From: an uncultured virus (IMG/VR IMGVR_UViG_3300000439_000022)
Taxonomy: Duplodnaviria > Heunggongvirae > Uroviricota > Caudoviricetes
Strand: one strand, 5' to 3'
DNA length: 64,000 nucleotides
IMG/VR virus record: IMGVR_UViG_3300000439_000022
Each line of letters starts with the position of its first letter. Position 1 is the stretch's first letter. Positions 19,599 to 30,719 of the stretch are shown one piece after another. Both the position numbers and the translations under genes were made by a program. The notes beneath the pieces are model-generated. The model was not told where the DNA came from. It did no database searches and saw nothing but the letters and a program-made list of their open reading frames with translations.

Positions 19599-20048
19599 AT
19601 GGAAAATTTTAACTATGAATATCATCCGAATATGGAAAGGTATATTGTAAGGCTTGTTAAGGAATGGAAGGAACATAAAAAAATCTTGTTGGCGATTGAC
19701 TTTGACGATACACTTTCACCCTGGAAATTTGATGACTTTAACTATGAAGAAGTATTCAAATTGGTTAGGGAAGCTAAGGAACTTGGTGCTTATATTGTAA
19801 TTTTTACTGCATGTAAGCCAGATAGATATGATTACATTAAAGATTATTGTTTAACTAAAGGTGGGTTTGAGATTGATGGTGTTAATGAAAACGTTATTGA
19901 ATTACCATATGGTAATAATAGAAAAATATATTATAACCATTTGTTGGATGATCGTACAGCATTGTTACCTGCAATGGCAATATTATCCATTGCCATGATG
20001 CGTGTCAAGACTGATGGTAAAAATGGCGGTGATGATTTTGATGTTTAA
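19599..20048 (+). CDS. HAD-superfamily phosphatase
   Basis: IDFDDT, FTAC, K and LDDR motifs. Confidence 0.8.
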   Translation: MENFNYEYHPNMERYIVRLVKEWKEHKKILLAIDFDDTLSPWKFDDFNYEEVFKLVREAKELGAYIVIFTACKPDRYDYIKDYCLTKGGFEIDGVNENVIELPYGNNRKIYYNHLLDDRTALLPAMAILSIAMMRVKTDGKNGGDDFDV

Positions 20049-20119
20049 AAAAAAATCAATAAAAAGTTTGTAATTTTAAAATAGATTTGTATCTTTACAT
20101 TCTAAAACAAAAAATAAAT

Positions 20120-21673
20120 ATGTTTAAACCTTGTAGTTTATATTATGTAGATGGCTATAAAACAGCGCACAAAGCAATGTTAGCCCCAGGTACAACAAGA
20201 TTGTACGGCACATGGATTCCACGTAGCGTTAAATATGCTCCAGGTGGTATCAAAAAAATTGTATCATTTGGTCAACAATTACTTGTTCGTTGGCTACATG
20301 ACGAGTTCACAGAACATTTCTTTAGCCAACCAAAAGATATCGCTATTAAATTTGGTAAAGACATGTCAATGTATCTTGGAATGGATTATGATGCTTCACA
20401 CTTCGAAGCTCTTCATGATGTTGGTTATTTACCAATTCGAATCAAATCATTACCAGAAGGTATTGAAACATTACCTAATATACCACACATGACATTCATC
20501 AATACAATTGATGGTTTTGCATGGTTAACTTTATATTTGGAAACAATCATTTCATCATTGGCTTGGAAACCATCAACATCAGCAACTATTGCCTTACAAT
20601 ATCGCAGGAATTTAGTTAATTGGGTTATGAAAACAGATCCAGCTAACGCATGGTTAATTCCTTTCCTTGCTCATGATTTCTCTGCTCGTGGTTTATCTCC
20701 TTGGGATATGTTATCAAGTGGTTTAGGACATGCTACTTCATTTAGAGGTTCTGATACAATTATTTGCATCCCAGGCGCTCGTTATTTTTATGATGAACCT
20801 GAAAATGAAGTTTTTATCAATTCAGTAAACGCAAGCGAACATTCAGTTAGTTGTACTAAGATTTTTACAGTTGGTGAACAACAAATGATTGCCGATTGGT
20901 TGCAGATATTCCCTAAAGGTATTCTTTCCATTGTGTCAGATACATTTGATTTGTGGGAGTTGATTACCGAATACTTACCAGCAAACAAAGAAGCTATTAT
21001 GGCTCGTGATGGTAAGTTGGTTATTCGTCCTGACTCAGGTGATCCAGTAGATATTATCTGTGGTTCATTTTTACAAAGTGACCGAGATTTATCGGAAAAC
21101 AAAAATGAAATTTGGACAAGTGAAGAAAAAGGTGTAATCGAATTACTTTGGGAAATCTTCGGTGGTACAGTTAACGAACAAGGTTACAAAGTTCTTGACC
21201 CACACATTGGTGCCATTTACGGTGATTCAATCACATTGGATCGTCAGATTAAAATCTATGAAAGGTTAGCCGCTAAAGGTTTTGCTTCTACTAATATTGT
21301 ACTTGGTGTTGGTTCATTCACATACCAATATAATACTCGTGATACTTTAGGTTTTGCCGCTAAAGGCGCTTGGTTTGAAGTATTGCAAGATGCAACTTCA
21401 CATCCTGACGAAAGCGTATTCCAAATTCGTCAATCATATGACATCTACAAAGAACCAGTAACTGATAGGGATGCTTCTGGTAAGAGCACCAAAAAATCAC
21501 TTAAAGGTAGGGTTTGTGTTACTAAAGATTATGATGGTGAATATATTGTAAATACACAATGTACTCCAGAAATGGAAGCCGCTGGAATTCTACAAACCAT
21601 TTACGAAGATGGTAAATTCTATAACCAAACGACTTTAACCGAGATTCGTAAAAAACTTGAAGAAATATGTTAA
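20120..21673 (+). CDS. nicotinamide phosphoribosyltransferase-like protein (Nampt/Namat candidate)
   Basis: DGYK, HDFSARG, ASEHS, VSDTFD, IRPDSGDP and YGDSI motifs. Confidence 0.92.
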   Translation: MFKPCSLYYVDGYKTAHKAMLAPGTTRLYGTWIPRSVKYAPGGIKKIVSFGQQLLVRWLHDEFTEHFFSQPKDIAIKFGKDMSMYLGMDYDASHFEALHDVGYLPIRIKSLPEGIETLPNIPHMTFINTIDGFAWLTLYLETIISSLAWKPSTSATIALQYRRNLVNWVMKTDPANAWLIPFLAHDFSARGLSPWDMLSSGLGHATSFRGSDTIICIPGARYFYDEPENEVFINSVNASEHSVSCTKIFTVGEQQMIADWLQIFPKGILSIVSDTFDLWELITEYLPANKEAIMARDGKLVIRPDSGDPVDIICGSFLQSDRDLSENKNEIWTSEEKGVIELLWEIFGGTVNEQGYKVLDPHIGAIYGDSITLDRQIKIYERLAAKGFASTNIVLGVGSFTYQYNTRDTLGFAAKGAWFEVLQDATSHPDESVFQIRQSYDIYKEPVTDRDASGKSTKKSLKGRVCVTKDYDGEYIVNTQCTPEMEAAGILQTIYEDGKFYNQTTLTEIRKKLEEIC

Positions 21674-22044
21674 CCAACCAGATAATTATTAATATATTAT
21701 TGATAATTTTTATACATTGGTTTGCTGACTTTTTTTGTCAGACTTCATGGCAAGCTGAAAATAAGAGCAAAAGGTTTGATGCATTAACATTTCATGTGTT
21801 AACCTATGCTCTTATTACAGCAGGTTTCTGGTGGTATGTATTTAAATTATCATTTGCACCAACGGTTTTATTTGTATTTACAATTACCTTTTTTGCACAT
21901 GGTTTAACGGATTTCGTTACCAGTAGAATAACCAGTCCATTATTCGCATCAAAAAATTATCATTGGGCATTCGTAGTCATTGGTATAGATCAATGTCTAC
22001 ATTATTTACAGTTATTTTTAACAGCACAATATTTACATATATAA
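21667..22044 (+). CDS. DUF3307-like membrane protein
   Basis: HWFADFFCQ, H...Y, H..TD and GIDQCLH motifs. Confidence 0.75.
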   Translation: MLTNQIIINILLIIFIHWFADFFCQTSWQAENKSKRFDALTFHVLTYALITAGFWWYVFKLSFAPTVLFVFTITFFAHGLTDFVTSRITSPLFASKNYHWAFVVIGIDQCLHYLQLFLTAQYLHI

Positions 22045-22078
22045 TTGATACAATTATTAAATTCATAAAAAAAAATCT

Positions 22079-22717
22079 ATGTCAAACACAATTACATCTC
22101 TTTTGATTATTTCGCCAATTGTATTATCGGTTCTTATTATTCTTATTATTATGATAAGAAAATTACAAAAAAATGATGATATAGAAAAAAACCATCATCA
22201 TGAACCAGAATCAATAAACTCACAAACGGATTCATTTAAAATGTATGAACCAGTGCCACCGACACAACCTAAATTAAATGATCATATCCAAGAATTAAAT
22301 AAAAAGGGGATTTATTTTGAAAATGAAAAACCGATGATTGATGAAGATGACGATGTTGATGTTGTAACACCTTTAGTTATGGCCGCAGATATTATCATGA
22401 GTAGTCAATCTGATGATTTTGTTCAAGATAATACAGATCCTATTGTACAGGACAATACAGATACTTTCGTTCAGGATAATACTGTACCAATGTCTGATAC
22501 AACATTTACACCTTCTGACCCAGGTTCTACACAACAATCTTGGATTGATTCATCACCATCTTATGATAACTCTCCTTCTTACGATAGCAGTCCTTCTTAT
22601 GACAATAGTTCATCATATGATAGTAGTTCCTCTTCTTCCTCATATGACAGCAGTTCATCTTCTTCATATGACAGTAGTTCATCATCATCATCATTTGATT
22701 CTGGCGGTAGCTGGTAA
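22079..22717 (+). CDS. membrane-anchored protein with Ser/Asp-rich tail
   Basis: N-terminal TM; VQDNT x3 and SYD(S/N)S repeats. Confidence 0.7.
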   Translation: MSNTITSLLIISPIVLSVLIILIIMIRKLQKNDDIEKNHHHEPESINSQTDSFKMYEPVPPTQPKLNDHIQELNKKGIYFENEKPMIDEDDDVDVVTPLVMAADIIMSSQSDDFVQDNTDPIVQDNTDTFVQDNTVPMSDTTFTPSDPGSTQQSWIDSSPSYDNSPSYDSSPSYDNSSSYDSSSSSSSYDSSSSSSYDSSSSSSSFDSGGSW

Positions 22718-22737
22718 TAACATAAATAATTTAAATG

Positions 22738-22778
22738 AATACCCTCAGAAAAAAAAACTGGGGGTATTTTTGTTTTTC
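22738..22778 (+). terminator. intrinsic terminator
   Basis: AATACCCTCAG / CTGGGGGTATT stem plus T-tract. Confidence 0.7.
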
Positions 22779-23247
22779 TGAAATTAATTTTATATCTTTG
22801 TTTAAAATTAATGATTATGAAATGGGGTAAAGACGGACAATACGATTCGCTTGAAGAATATTTTGAGAGTGATGAAGGTAAAGAGTCCTTAAAAGAATTT
22901 GGTTTAAATGAAGAACGTAAAAAAGGCAATCGTGAAAGAGTTAAAAAGTTCTTTAATGGTAATCAAGAATTATTTGACCAATTAATGATTAATATTGAAA
23001 AACGTCACGATGACCGTTGGGATAATGTTTGCTATAAACAAGGTTGTGAACCATATCCGTGGGAAATTTTATACGCTGTATTTAACCTGGCTGAGGCTGA
23101 GGGTACAGAGTTAACAAAACCACTGGATAGTTTAACAAATAATTGGCCATCAGACATCTATGAATATATGGGTTGGCAATTTGCAATTACTCACGGTCAA
23201 GGAAGTGTAATGTCAGTTTATCACAATAAAATATTAAAATTCAGAAT

Positions 23248-24069
23248 ATGAGAAGTTATCCAGATTTAAACAATAAATACGATCAGAAAGATCTCGAACT
23301 ATTGAAAGCCAAAGAATGGCAACTTGAATTACTAAAGAAAAATCCAGACTATCCTTATTGGGGTAACCATGAGGATTATATGATAGGTGAGAATAAGGGT
23401 TGGGGTTCACCACAGGAATTGGAAACATTTGCTGAACATTGGAACCTCGATGATTACAATGAAATTGTAAACTTCTATTTTGAGATTTACCGTGAAAATC
23501 ACGAATGTCCTCATTGTGATGGTGAGGCATTAAATCCAGCCACAAAACGAATATCCGATGATTGGTATGACTTTGGAAATACTGGTCGAAAGTGGTCAGA
23601 TAAAATTACTCAAGATGAAGTTTATGAACTTTTGAAACGCAAAAGATTAGGTGATTTTACTGATTATAATGGTTATTATGATGAGGATTTACAAAAGTGG
23701 TTAGGTTGGGTTGATGGTGAGAAAGTTGAAATTGCTCCCCCAACTCCAGAACAAATACCTTCGGTTGAAACGATTAATCAAGCCCAGCATGGCCGTGGAT
23801 TTGGTCACGATGCTATTAATAAATGGATATGTGTTGAAACAAGGGCAAAACGTCTTGGTGTATATGGTCATTGTGAACATTGCGATGGTGGTCACATCTA
23901 TGATGAACCAGAGGCAAGGGTAGCTTTGCAACTTTGGGTTCTTCACCCAAGGAAGGGAGCATCACGTGGTGTCTACATTAAAAATATAGAAGAACATGAG
24001 GTTCCACAGGTTTTAGCTTACCTAAAAGAAGCTGCTGAACGAAATGCTGATAGATTTTCAAAATTATAA
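23248..24069 (+). CDS. hypothetical protein with two CxxCxG motifs
   Basis: CPHCDG and CEHCDGG. Confidence 0.65.
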   Translation: MRSYPDLNNKYDQKDLELLKAKEWQLELLKKNPDYPYWGNHEDYMIGENKGWGSPQELETFAEHWNLDDYNEIVNFYFEIYRENHECPHCDGEALNPATKRISDDWYDFGNTGRKWSDKITQDEVYELLKRKRLGDFTDYNGYYDEDLQKWLGWVDGEKVEIAPPTPEQIPSVETINQAQHGRGFGHDAINKWICVETRAKRLGVYGHCEHCDGGHIYDEPEARVALQLWVLHPRKGASRGVYIKNIEEHEVPQVLAYLKEAAERNADRFSKL

Positions 24070-24076
24070 ATAAAAT

Positions 24077-24784
24077 ATGAAAAAGTTTTTACTATTATTA
24101 TTGATTCCGACTTTGGGTTATGGTCAAATTAATTATAGCCTTGATAATAACATTACTGGAACATATGCAACCACAAAGGTTGGTGATCAACCAGCATTAA
24201 TGATTAATGGATCAAATCATTTTGATTGTGGTAATTTTGTTTTGGATATCAATCCGTACTATTCATTGAAATATACTGGAACCAAACAAATTGACAATGA
24301 GTTTTTAACCAGAGAAGATATTGGTTACAAAGAAAAAGATATAACCGTATTCGCCTATCATGAATATAACTCATCATTGATTCGTTCAATATCATCAGAT
24401 AATTGGATTGGTTTGGGTGTGGGTAAAAAGTATGTTTTCAGTGATAAATTATTCCTTGCTTTATCTTATTGTTCTGTTTATGAATATAGAAGATATTCTG
24501 AATTGAGTTTACAAACAATATTAAGAAATTCATTCAGAGCAAAATTAAAATTGACATACCCAGCTGTTGCTTTTTCATTCGAATATTACTACCAACCAAG
24601 TGTAAATGATATGAATGATTATAATATGTTTGGTTCATCATCAATTTCATTATTTCCAGGAAAAACCATTTCCTTTGTTGCACAAAATACTTATAATTTC
24701 ATAAGCACAGATAAAGTCAAAACAATCCAATCCACATCATTTGGATTCAAAATAAAGGTTAAAAGCAAAAACGAAAAGTCATGA
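24077..24784 (+). CDS. putative outer-membrane beta-barrel (DUF481-like)
   Basis: Signal peptide, alternating aromatic strands, YYQPS motif. Confidence 0.55.
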   Translation: MKKFLLLLLIPTLGYGQINYSLDNNITGTYATTKVGDQPALMINGSNHFDCGNFVLDINPYYSLKYTGTKQIDNEFLTREDIGYKEKDITVFAYHEYNSSLIRSISSDNWIGLGVGKKYVFSDKLFLALSYCSVYEYRRYSELSLQTILRNSFRAKLKLTYPAVAFSFEYYYQPSVNDMNDYNMFGSSSISLFPGKTISFVAQNTYNFISTDKVKTIQSTSFGFKIKVKSKNEKS

Positions 24785-25299
24785 TGATGCGTTATTATAA
24801 CTTCCACAGAGATACTGCCAGCAAGCTCCATGAAGAAGTTAATCAAAAATATGATAAAACCTTACCATATGTACATCATTTGGATATGGTTGTCTATGTA
24901 TGTAGGCAATTCAAACATCTCATACCACAAAATGAATATTTTGATGTTGAAACTGGTTGTTATTTCCATGATGCAATAGAAGATGCAAGGGTAACATATA
25001 ATGATATTATGGATATAACCAATAGTGAAAAGGTTGCTGAGTATGTTTATGCTGTTACCAACGAAAAAGGTAAGAATAGGTTTGAAAGGGCAAATGCCAA
25101 ATATTATGAAGGTATCAGAAATCTACCTTATGCTACTTATATAAAATTGTGTGATCGTATTGCAAATATGCAATATTCCAAAAATAATGGTTCATCTATG
25201 CATAAAAAATATGTGTTAGAATACCCACATTTCAAGGATTCTTTATATGATGAAACATATAAAGAAATGTTTGAATACATTGAAAATAATTTACTATGA
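24781..25299 (+). CDS. stand-alone SpoT/Mesh1-like HD hydrolase
   Basis: PYVHHL, FHDAIED and IKLCDRIAN motifs. Confidence 0.8.
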   Translation: MMMRYYNFHRDTASKLHEEVNQKYDKTLPYVHHLDMVVYVCRQFKHLIPQNEYFDVETGCYFHDAIEDARVTYNDIMDITNSEKVAEYVYAVTNEKGKNRFERANAKYYEGIRNLPYATYIKLCDRIANMQYSKNNGSSMHKKYVLEYPHFKDSLYDETYKEMFEYIENNLL

Positions 25300-25519
25300 A
25301 AATTTTTAAAATATCAATACTATCTGTCATATTACTAATAATTGTTATATACATTTGGTTATATCAAAAGAATGATACGATGTTGATGAAGCATTGGATC
25401 GAATTATTTGTAATTGAAGCATTTATACAGGAGATTCTGTTTTTATTGAGGAATCCTAAGAAGAATTAACCTTTATTTTTTAATGTTTTATCATATATTT
25501 ATTATTAAACTAAAAATAT

Positions 25520-26176
25520 ATGATGAAAAGAATGATTTTATCGGTAATATTTGTTCTAACTACAATATTATCATTTGCTCAAGTTAGCACAAAGAATTGC
25601 GTTGAGATTAAACATAAGGGTTACACCACATTATTTGACACTGTATTGAAATATCCAGTGTTGGTTAAATGGATTGACACAAAGTCACGTTTATCTTGTG
25701 GTGATGATAAATTATCACGTAAGGATAATTTCCAACCAGATCCAAAATTATATAAAGAAACAAATCTTGGAAAGGATTATGTTGGTTCAGGTTATGATAG
25801 AGGTCATATGTGTCCAGCTGCGGATAACCAATGTGATGCTGATGAAATGGTGGAATGTTTCTATTTTTCCAACATGGCACCACAGCCACATGCAACAAAT
25901 GCTGGTGACTGGAAAACTGTTGAGGAAGACACACGTGATTATACTTTAAAAAATGACTCTGTTTATGTATGGTGCGGTTCAGTGGGTAACGCTAAAAAAG
26001 TTAAATCTTTAACTGTACCTACACAATGCTGGAAAGTTATTTATATTGTTAAAACTAATACTTGGTATGCTTATATCATGAATAACACATTCGATCACCC
26101 AGTTGGAAAATCTAAATGGGTTGTTAAAGTATCTGATGTTGAAAAATTGACAGGTTTTAAATTTGTTAAGTATTAA
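25520..26176 (+). CDS. secreted DNA/RNA non-specific endonuclease (NucA type)
   Basis: Signal peptide; YDRGH and SNMAPQ..N.G.W...E motifs. Confidence 0.9.
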   Translation: MMKRMILSVIFVLTTILSFAQVSTKNCVEIKHKGYTTLFDTVLKYPVLVKWIDTKSRLSCGDDKLSRKDNFQPDPKLYKETNLGKDYVGSGYDRGHMCPAADNQCDADEMVECFYFSNMAPQPHATNAGDWKTVEEDTRDYTLKNDSVYVWCGSVGNAKKVKSLTVPTQCWKVIYIVKTNTWYAYIMNNTFDHPVGKSKWVVKVSDVEKLTGFKFVKY

Positions 26177-26241
26177 TTTGGAATAATCAAAAATGTTTAT
26201 TAATTTTGTCCTACCTACTTAAAGGTGGGACATTTTTTTTT

Positions 26242-26718
26242 ATGAAAAATAGAATATTTACACCCCCAATGAATATTGCAGATAGATACCATAATATTAA
26301 ATCTGTATTTCTTGGTGGGAGCATAGAACAAGGGACAGCCGAAGACTGGCAAAAATATGTTAGTGGAAAATTACAAAGTTCTTTTAACGTATTTAACCCA
26401 AGAAGGAGTGATTGGGATTCCTCTTGGGAACAAAATATAACCAACGCACAATTCTTTCAACAAGTGGAATGGGAATTAAATGCTTTGGAACATTCTGATT
26501 ATATAATCATGAATTTCATTCCTGAAACAATGTCACCCATATCTTTACTTGAACTTGGAAAATTTGCTCAACCTGGTAAAATGTTTGTTTGTTGTCCAGA
26601 AGGTTATTGGCGCAAAGGTAACGTTGACATCTTTTGTTCAAAGTACAATATAGAAATGTTTGATAACATCGACCAATTAATTAACACATTATTTAATTTA
26701 GACCATGATAGAAAATAG
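26242..26718 (+). CDS. nucleoside 2-deoxyribosyltransferase-like protein
   Basis: FLGGSI, NPRR, QVEWE and SPISLLELG motifs; ATG at 26242 preferred. Confidence 0.8.
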   Translation: MKNRIFTPPMNIADRYHNIKSVFLGGSIEQGTAEDWQKYVSGKLQSSFNVFNPRRSDWDSSWEQNITNAQFFQQVEWELNALEHSDYIIMNFIPETMSPISLLELGKFAQPGKMFVCCPEGYWRKGNVDIFCSKYNIEMFDNIDQLINTLFNLDHDRK

Positions 26719-27124
26719 AAAAGCTAAATTTGATTACGAATTTCTGTTTACAGAAACAGCAGGTATCGTATTGCAAAGTTCTGAAATCAAACAATTAAAA
26801 GATGGCAAAGCATCTTTGGTCGATGGCTATTGCTATTTCGATGGTAATGAGTTATATGTTAAAAACTTTAATATCAATGAAGTAAAAACGGCTTATTCTC
26901 ATGATCCAAAGAGAGATAAGAAGTTATTGTTGAATAAAAGTGAATTAAGGAAGTTTAAGCGTGAATTAGATGCCAATCTTACAATTATACCATTAAAGGT
27001 ATTTAGGAACGATAATGGCCTATTTAAGATGGTTATTGCGATGTGTAAGGGTAAGAAGAATTATAATAAGAAAGAGGCGATTAAAGAGAGAGATATAAAA
27101 CGTGATCTTGAAAGAAATTATTAA
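26705..27124 (+). CDS. smpB: SsrA-binding protein
   Basis: NRKAKFDY, AGIVL..SEIK, R.KKLLL and KGKK motifs. Confidence 0.9.
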   Translation: MIENRKAKFDYEFLFTETAGIVLQSSEIKQLKDGKASLVDGYCYFDGNELYVKNFNINEVKTAYSHDPKRDKKLLLNKSELRKFKRELDANLTIIPLKVFRNDNGLFKMVIAMCKGKKNYNKKEAIKERDIKRDLERNY

Positions 27125-27709
27125 TTTTTCAGAACATTGAAAAATTGATACATATTTATTTTCAAAATCACATTACTTAAATGAGAATTTTTCTTATCAA
27201 TATAAAAGGAGCTGGTGTTGACCTTACAGCTGGCAAATTAACAAAGGATCAGGTTAAAAATTGGGATAAGATACAAGCTAACCCAGAATTAATAGATGAC
27301 AATAATCCTATCTTTGAGTTATATGGGACACTTGTTGAAACTGCAACAATTGAGGTTATAGATGATGAAGGTGAGATTGTTGATGTTTATGGGTATAATG
27401 ATTTATTATCCGAAGAGGTTGAAAATATGAACCTAAAATCAGGTTCTCATTATGTAAAAGAAACATATCTTAAAGGTTTATTCCATTCTTTCGAATTATT
27501 TTTGGACAACAGCGAAAGATTTGACATTGATTTGATTACCTTGAAGACGAAGGAATATAAGGGTGAGCAATATATTTGCGCTATGGATTACGATGGTGAT
27601 CCACTCGAATCAATTGAATCCATAACAACTGGTCACGAAAAAAATATTCAAAAAATTATTTGTTAGTTCGAATTAATTGTTTTATCTTTGTCTTATAAAC
27701 AGACAATTT

Positions 27710-28057
27710 ATGATGCGATTAATAGAATTTAAAAAGATGCAAGATCTCTGGTTTGCTATACTACCAGAGTATATTGAGCAAGGTGGCGATTTTAACGACT
27801 GTCTTATGGTCGATGGTGCCCCAGAAATGCTTGATCGATTATCCAATAGTACTGATGAAATTACATTATTACTTTCCACTGAAGAAATTCCGTCTGATTG
27901 TGTATTGTCAAAATACGATGAGGAAATGGATTGGGGTTATTACCTATGCAAATTTCCTAACGATAAAAAAGGCAAACATGTCGCTCTTTGTCCTGTCAAT
28001 TCATTTGTTTGGGTCGGTAAACACCCAAATAAAATTTATATACGTATAAAATCATAA
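27710..28057 (+). CDS. hypothetical protein (DUF6717-like)
   Basis: MVDGAPEMLD...LCP...P..IY. Confidence 0.5.
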   Translation: MMRLIEFKKMQDLWFAILPEYIEQGGDFNDCLMVDGAPEMLDRLSNSTDEITLLLSTEEIPSDCVLSKYDEEMDWGYYLCKFPNDKKGKHVALCPVNSFVWVGKHPNKIYIRIKS

Positions 28058-28059
28058 CT

Positions 28060-28755
28060 ATGCAACGCATAAAAATATCTGCAAGACCAGATTATATTAA
28101 TAAACTGGAAAGTCTGTCATTTGAATTTCATTCCCTTGACAACAAGTATTGGAATGAAGATGCTTATTATAAATTCACAATGGATGAAATAAACACCATT
28201 GAGAATGCTTCAAATGTTGTTTTTGATCTATGTTTACAGGCCGTTCAACACGTTATTGATAATAATTTATTTGATAAATTATTCATCAATCCAGAATTGG
28301 TGCCAATGATTATACGATCATGGGACAATGAAGAACCAAGTTTTTATGGCCGTTTTGACTTTGCAATGGGCAAGGATGGAATACCAAAGATGCTTGAGTT
28401 CAATGCCGACACCCCAACGTCTTTATATGAAGCCGCTGTTGTCCAATGGTATTGGTTAAACGATGTTTTTCCTGATAATGACCAATTCAACTCCATGCAT
28501 GAGAAGTTATTGAACTATTTCCAGGGTTGTCATCAATATTTCCACGGTCAAACATTGCATTTTGCTTGTATTAAAGATAGTATTGAGGATTTTACAACAA
28601 CGGAATATATTCGTGATGTTGCATCACAAGCAGGTTTGAATCAAAACAAATTTATGTTGATGAGCCTGTTGAGCAAGGTAAAATTTCAGATAGCTGGGGT
28701 GATACTATTGGTTATTGGGTTAGATATAAACGAACCTATAGTAATGGTAAAGTAA
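28060..28755 (+). pseudogene. glutathionylspermidine synthase-like ATP-grasp gene, C-terminally truncated
   Basis: YW.E..YY, YGRFDF and LEFNADTPTSLYEA present; homology stops near AGL, C-terminal KLYPWE and KP..GREG motifs absent. Confidence 0.75.
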
Positions 28756-29448
28756 CTTATGTAGAAAAAGATTATAAATAAAATTTATGAGACTATTTAA
28801 CTTGAATCAAGTTTGCACAATGCGAACAATAATTGACGAGTACAATGCAGATTTTGAACATATTACTAAACCAACTAAACCTGGATTTTTTGCTCGTTTA
28901 AGAGGTGAAAAACCTCAGCCACAAGATCATTATGAATATTACAAAAATGGTTTATCTGGTCAAATATTAGGTTATGAACCAGACATGATAATCGATTCAG
29001 ATAAGATTGATGATTTTGTTAAATCACATAATTCTTATGTTGACCCATCTGATAAAAATGTATATTATAAACCACATATTTTTATGCGATTCTCCAACGG
29101 AAATACTCGTAACAAGTATTTTGATACAGTTGAAGACATGACTTCCTATATTACCTCAACTCAAAATAAATACCCAAATATCCAAATCCTTTAAAAAGTG
29201 GATAACTAATTTTGTTTCTATCAATTATTATTAATAAATTTGTAAAAAAATATAAAGATGAAAACTATTCTGGATCTTGAAAATGATATACCTGCGGATT
29301 TTGTTGAAATGGTCAAAAAGATGCTTAAAACTGATGTGAGAACTATAGTATTATCACATAAGGCGTTTGACATAGAAGAAACAGACATTTTTGGTAAAAC
29401 CATCAAATACGCTTGTATGCATGGGATAACTGTTAATATTGTAGGTAG

Positions 29449-30086
29449 TTAAGTTAATACGACATGTTTGTCTTTCTTAATAAACCTATTTTGATAACTA
29501 CATAGTGGCTTTAGATTAGTGTAATGATTTAAAGCTATTATGTCGTTCTCATTTTGCGCTGTGGCTAATGGTATTACATGATCGATATCCCATGTTTTAT
29601 TAGGGGTGTAGATATTGTCTTTTGGGTTTCCGTAATTGTCCCAAGACATCCAGGGCTCAAATAGATTCTCAAGATGTGTTTTAAACACATCAAATGTGCA
29701 ACCAAGAATTGTTTCAGATTTACTATTCTTTTTATATCCACCTTTTTTAATTGCATTGACAATTGAACATCTCATATTGGCTTTTAAATTAAACAGAGGA
29801 TCTTTTTCTTTTCGGCTACTATTATAAGCATTACGATAAGCTCTGATTTTAAGTTTATTATCAGATCTATATTGGGCTTCTTTTACCTTAATATGTTCTT
29901 TGTTAAGTTCGTTATATTTAGTTTGCGTTCTTTGTTTTTCTCACGATATTCCTTGGTATAGCTTTTCAATTTATCAATGTTTTTATCGTAATATTTTTTA
30001 TCTGATTTTTTCTTTTGTTCTTTAAGCGCTTCTTTGTTTTTTTTACGGTACTGGCGCATATATTCGTTTTTTAAAGTTTTACTCAT
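29449..30086 (-). pseudogene. HNH endonuclease gene split by a -1 frameshift
   Basis: ORF 29883..30086 continues in the -1 frame (TKYNELNKEH...KDPLFNLKANMR) into LGC...WDNYG...WDIDHVIP...HYTNL. Confidence 0.75.
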
Positions 30087-30719
30087 AAAGTTGTTTTAAT
30101 CGAAATTTTTAATTATTTTTGTAACCTAAAGATAAATAATATGAAATGTATCAAAGTACAAGACACTTACAAGCGTGTAAGTAATGAAGTTGCTGACAAT
30201 GAGGTTAGCTTTGGCCGTGCTACCTATGCACCAAAATCAGAATGGAAGAAAAATGTCCGTGAAATTTCTAAACCAGCTACTGTTTCTGTTGCCGATGAAA
30301 AAGGTAAGGAAACAAAATCAAAGAAAGCGGAAAAAGCTGCTAAGCTGAAAGAAAAACAGCACCCAAAAGAATATTCTGACAATATACTAAAATAACATTT
30401 CTAATATGCTACCATCAGATATGTTTGATGAAAACGGTTTATTTAAACCATTAGTTTTTGAGCCATACAAAAACCCTAACGAAAGGTATTATTCATGTAC
30501 AGCTACAAAAACAATTAAAGCAACAAAAAATGCAATATCTATTATTGTATATGGCTTTACCAAATCTGTAAAAGTTATACCATTATCAAGTATAACTTCT
30601 TTCAGTCTTGATGGTATGTTTGGTGTTAGAACTGTACGAATCAAAACATTAACCGAAAGTTTTGATTTCATGTTAAGCAAAAAAGATGCTTACGATTTAC
30701 AAGATTTTATATTTTAATT

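Noticed and set aside
26207..26241. Riboswitch or attenuator upstream of the deoxyribosyltransferase-like gene
   Set aside because: A simple hairpin plus T-tract, best explained as the terminator of the upstream nuclease gene.
18830..27709. Upstream TTG starts at 18830, 20087, 26206 and 27677
   Set aside because: They fall in promoter, terminator or remnant sequence. ATGs at 18884, 20120, 26242 and 27710 fit the domain starts.
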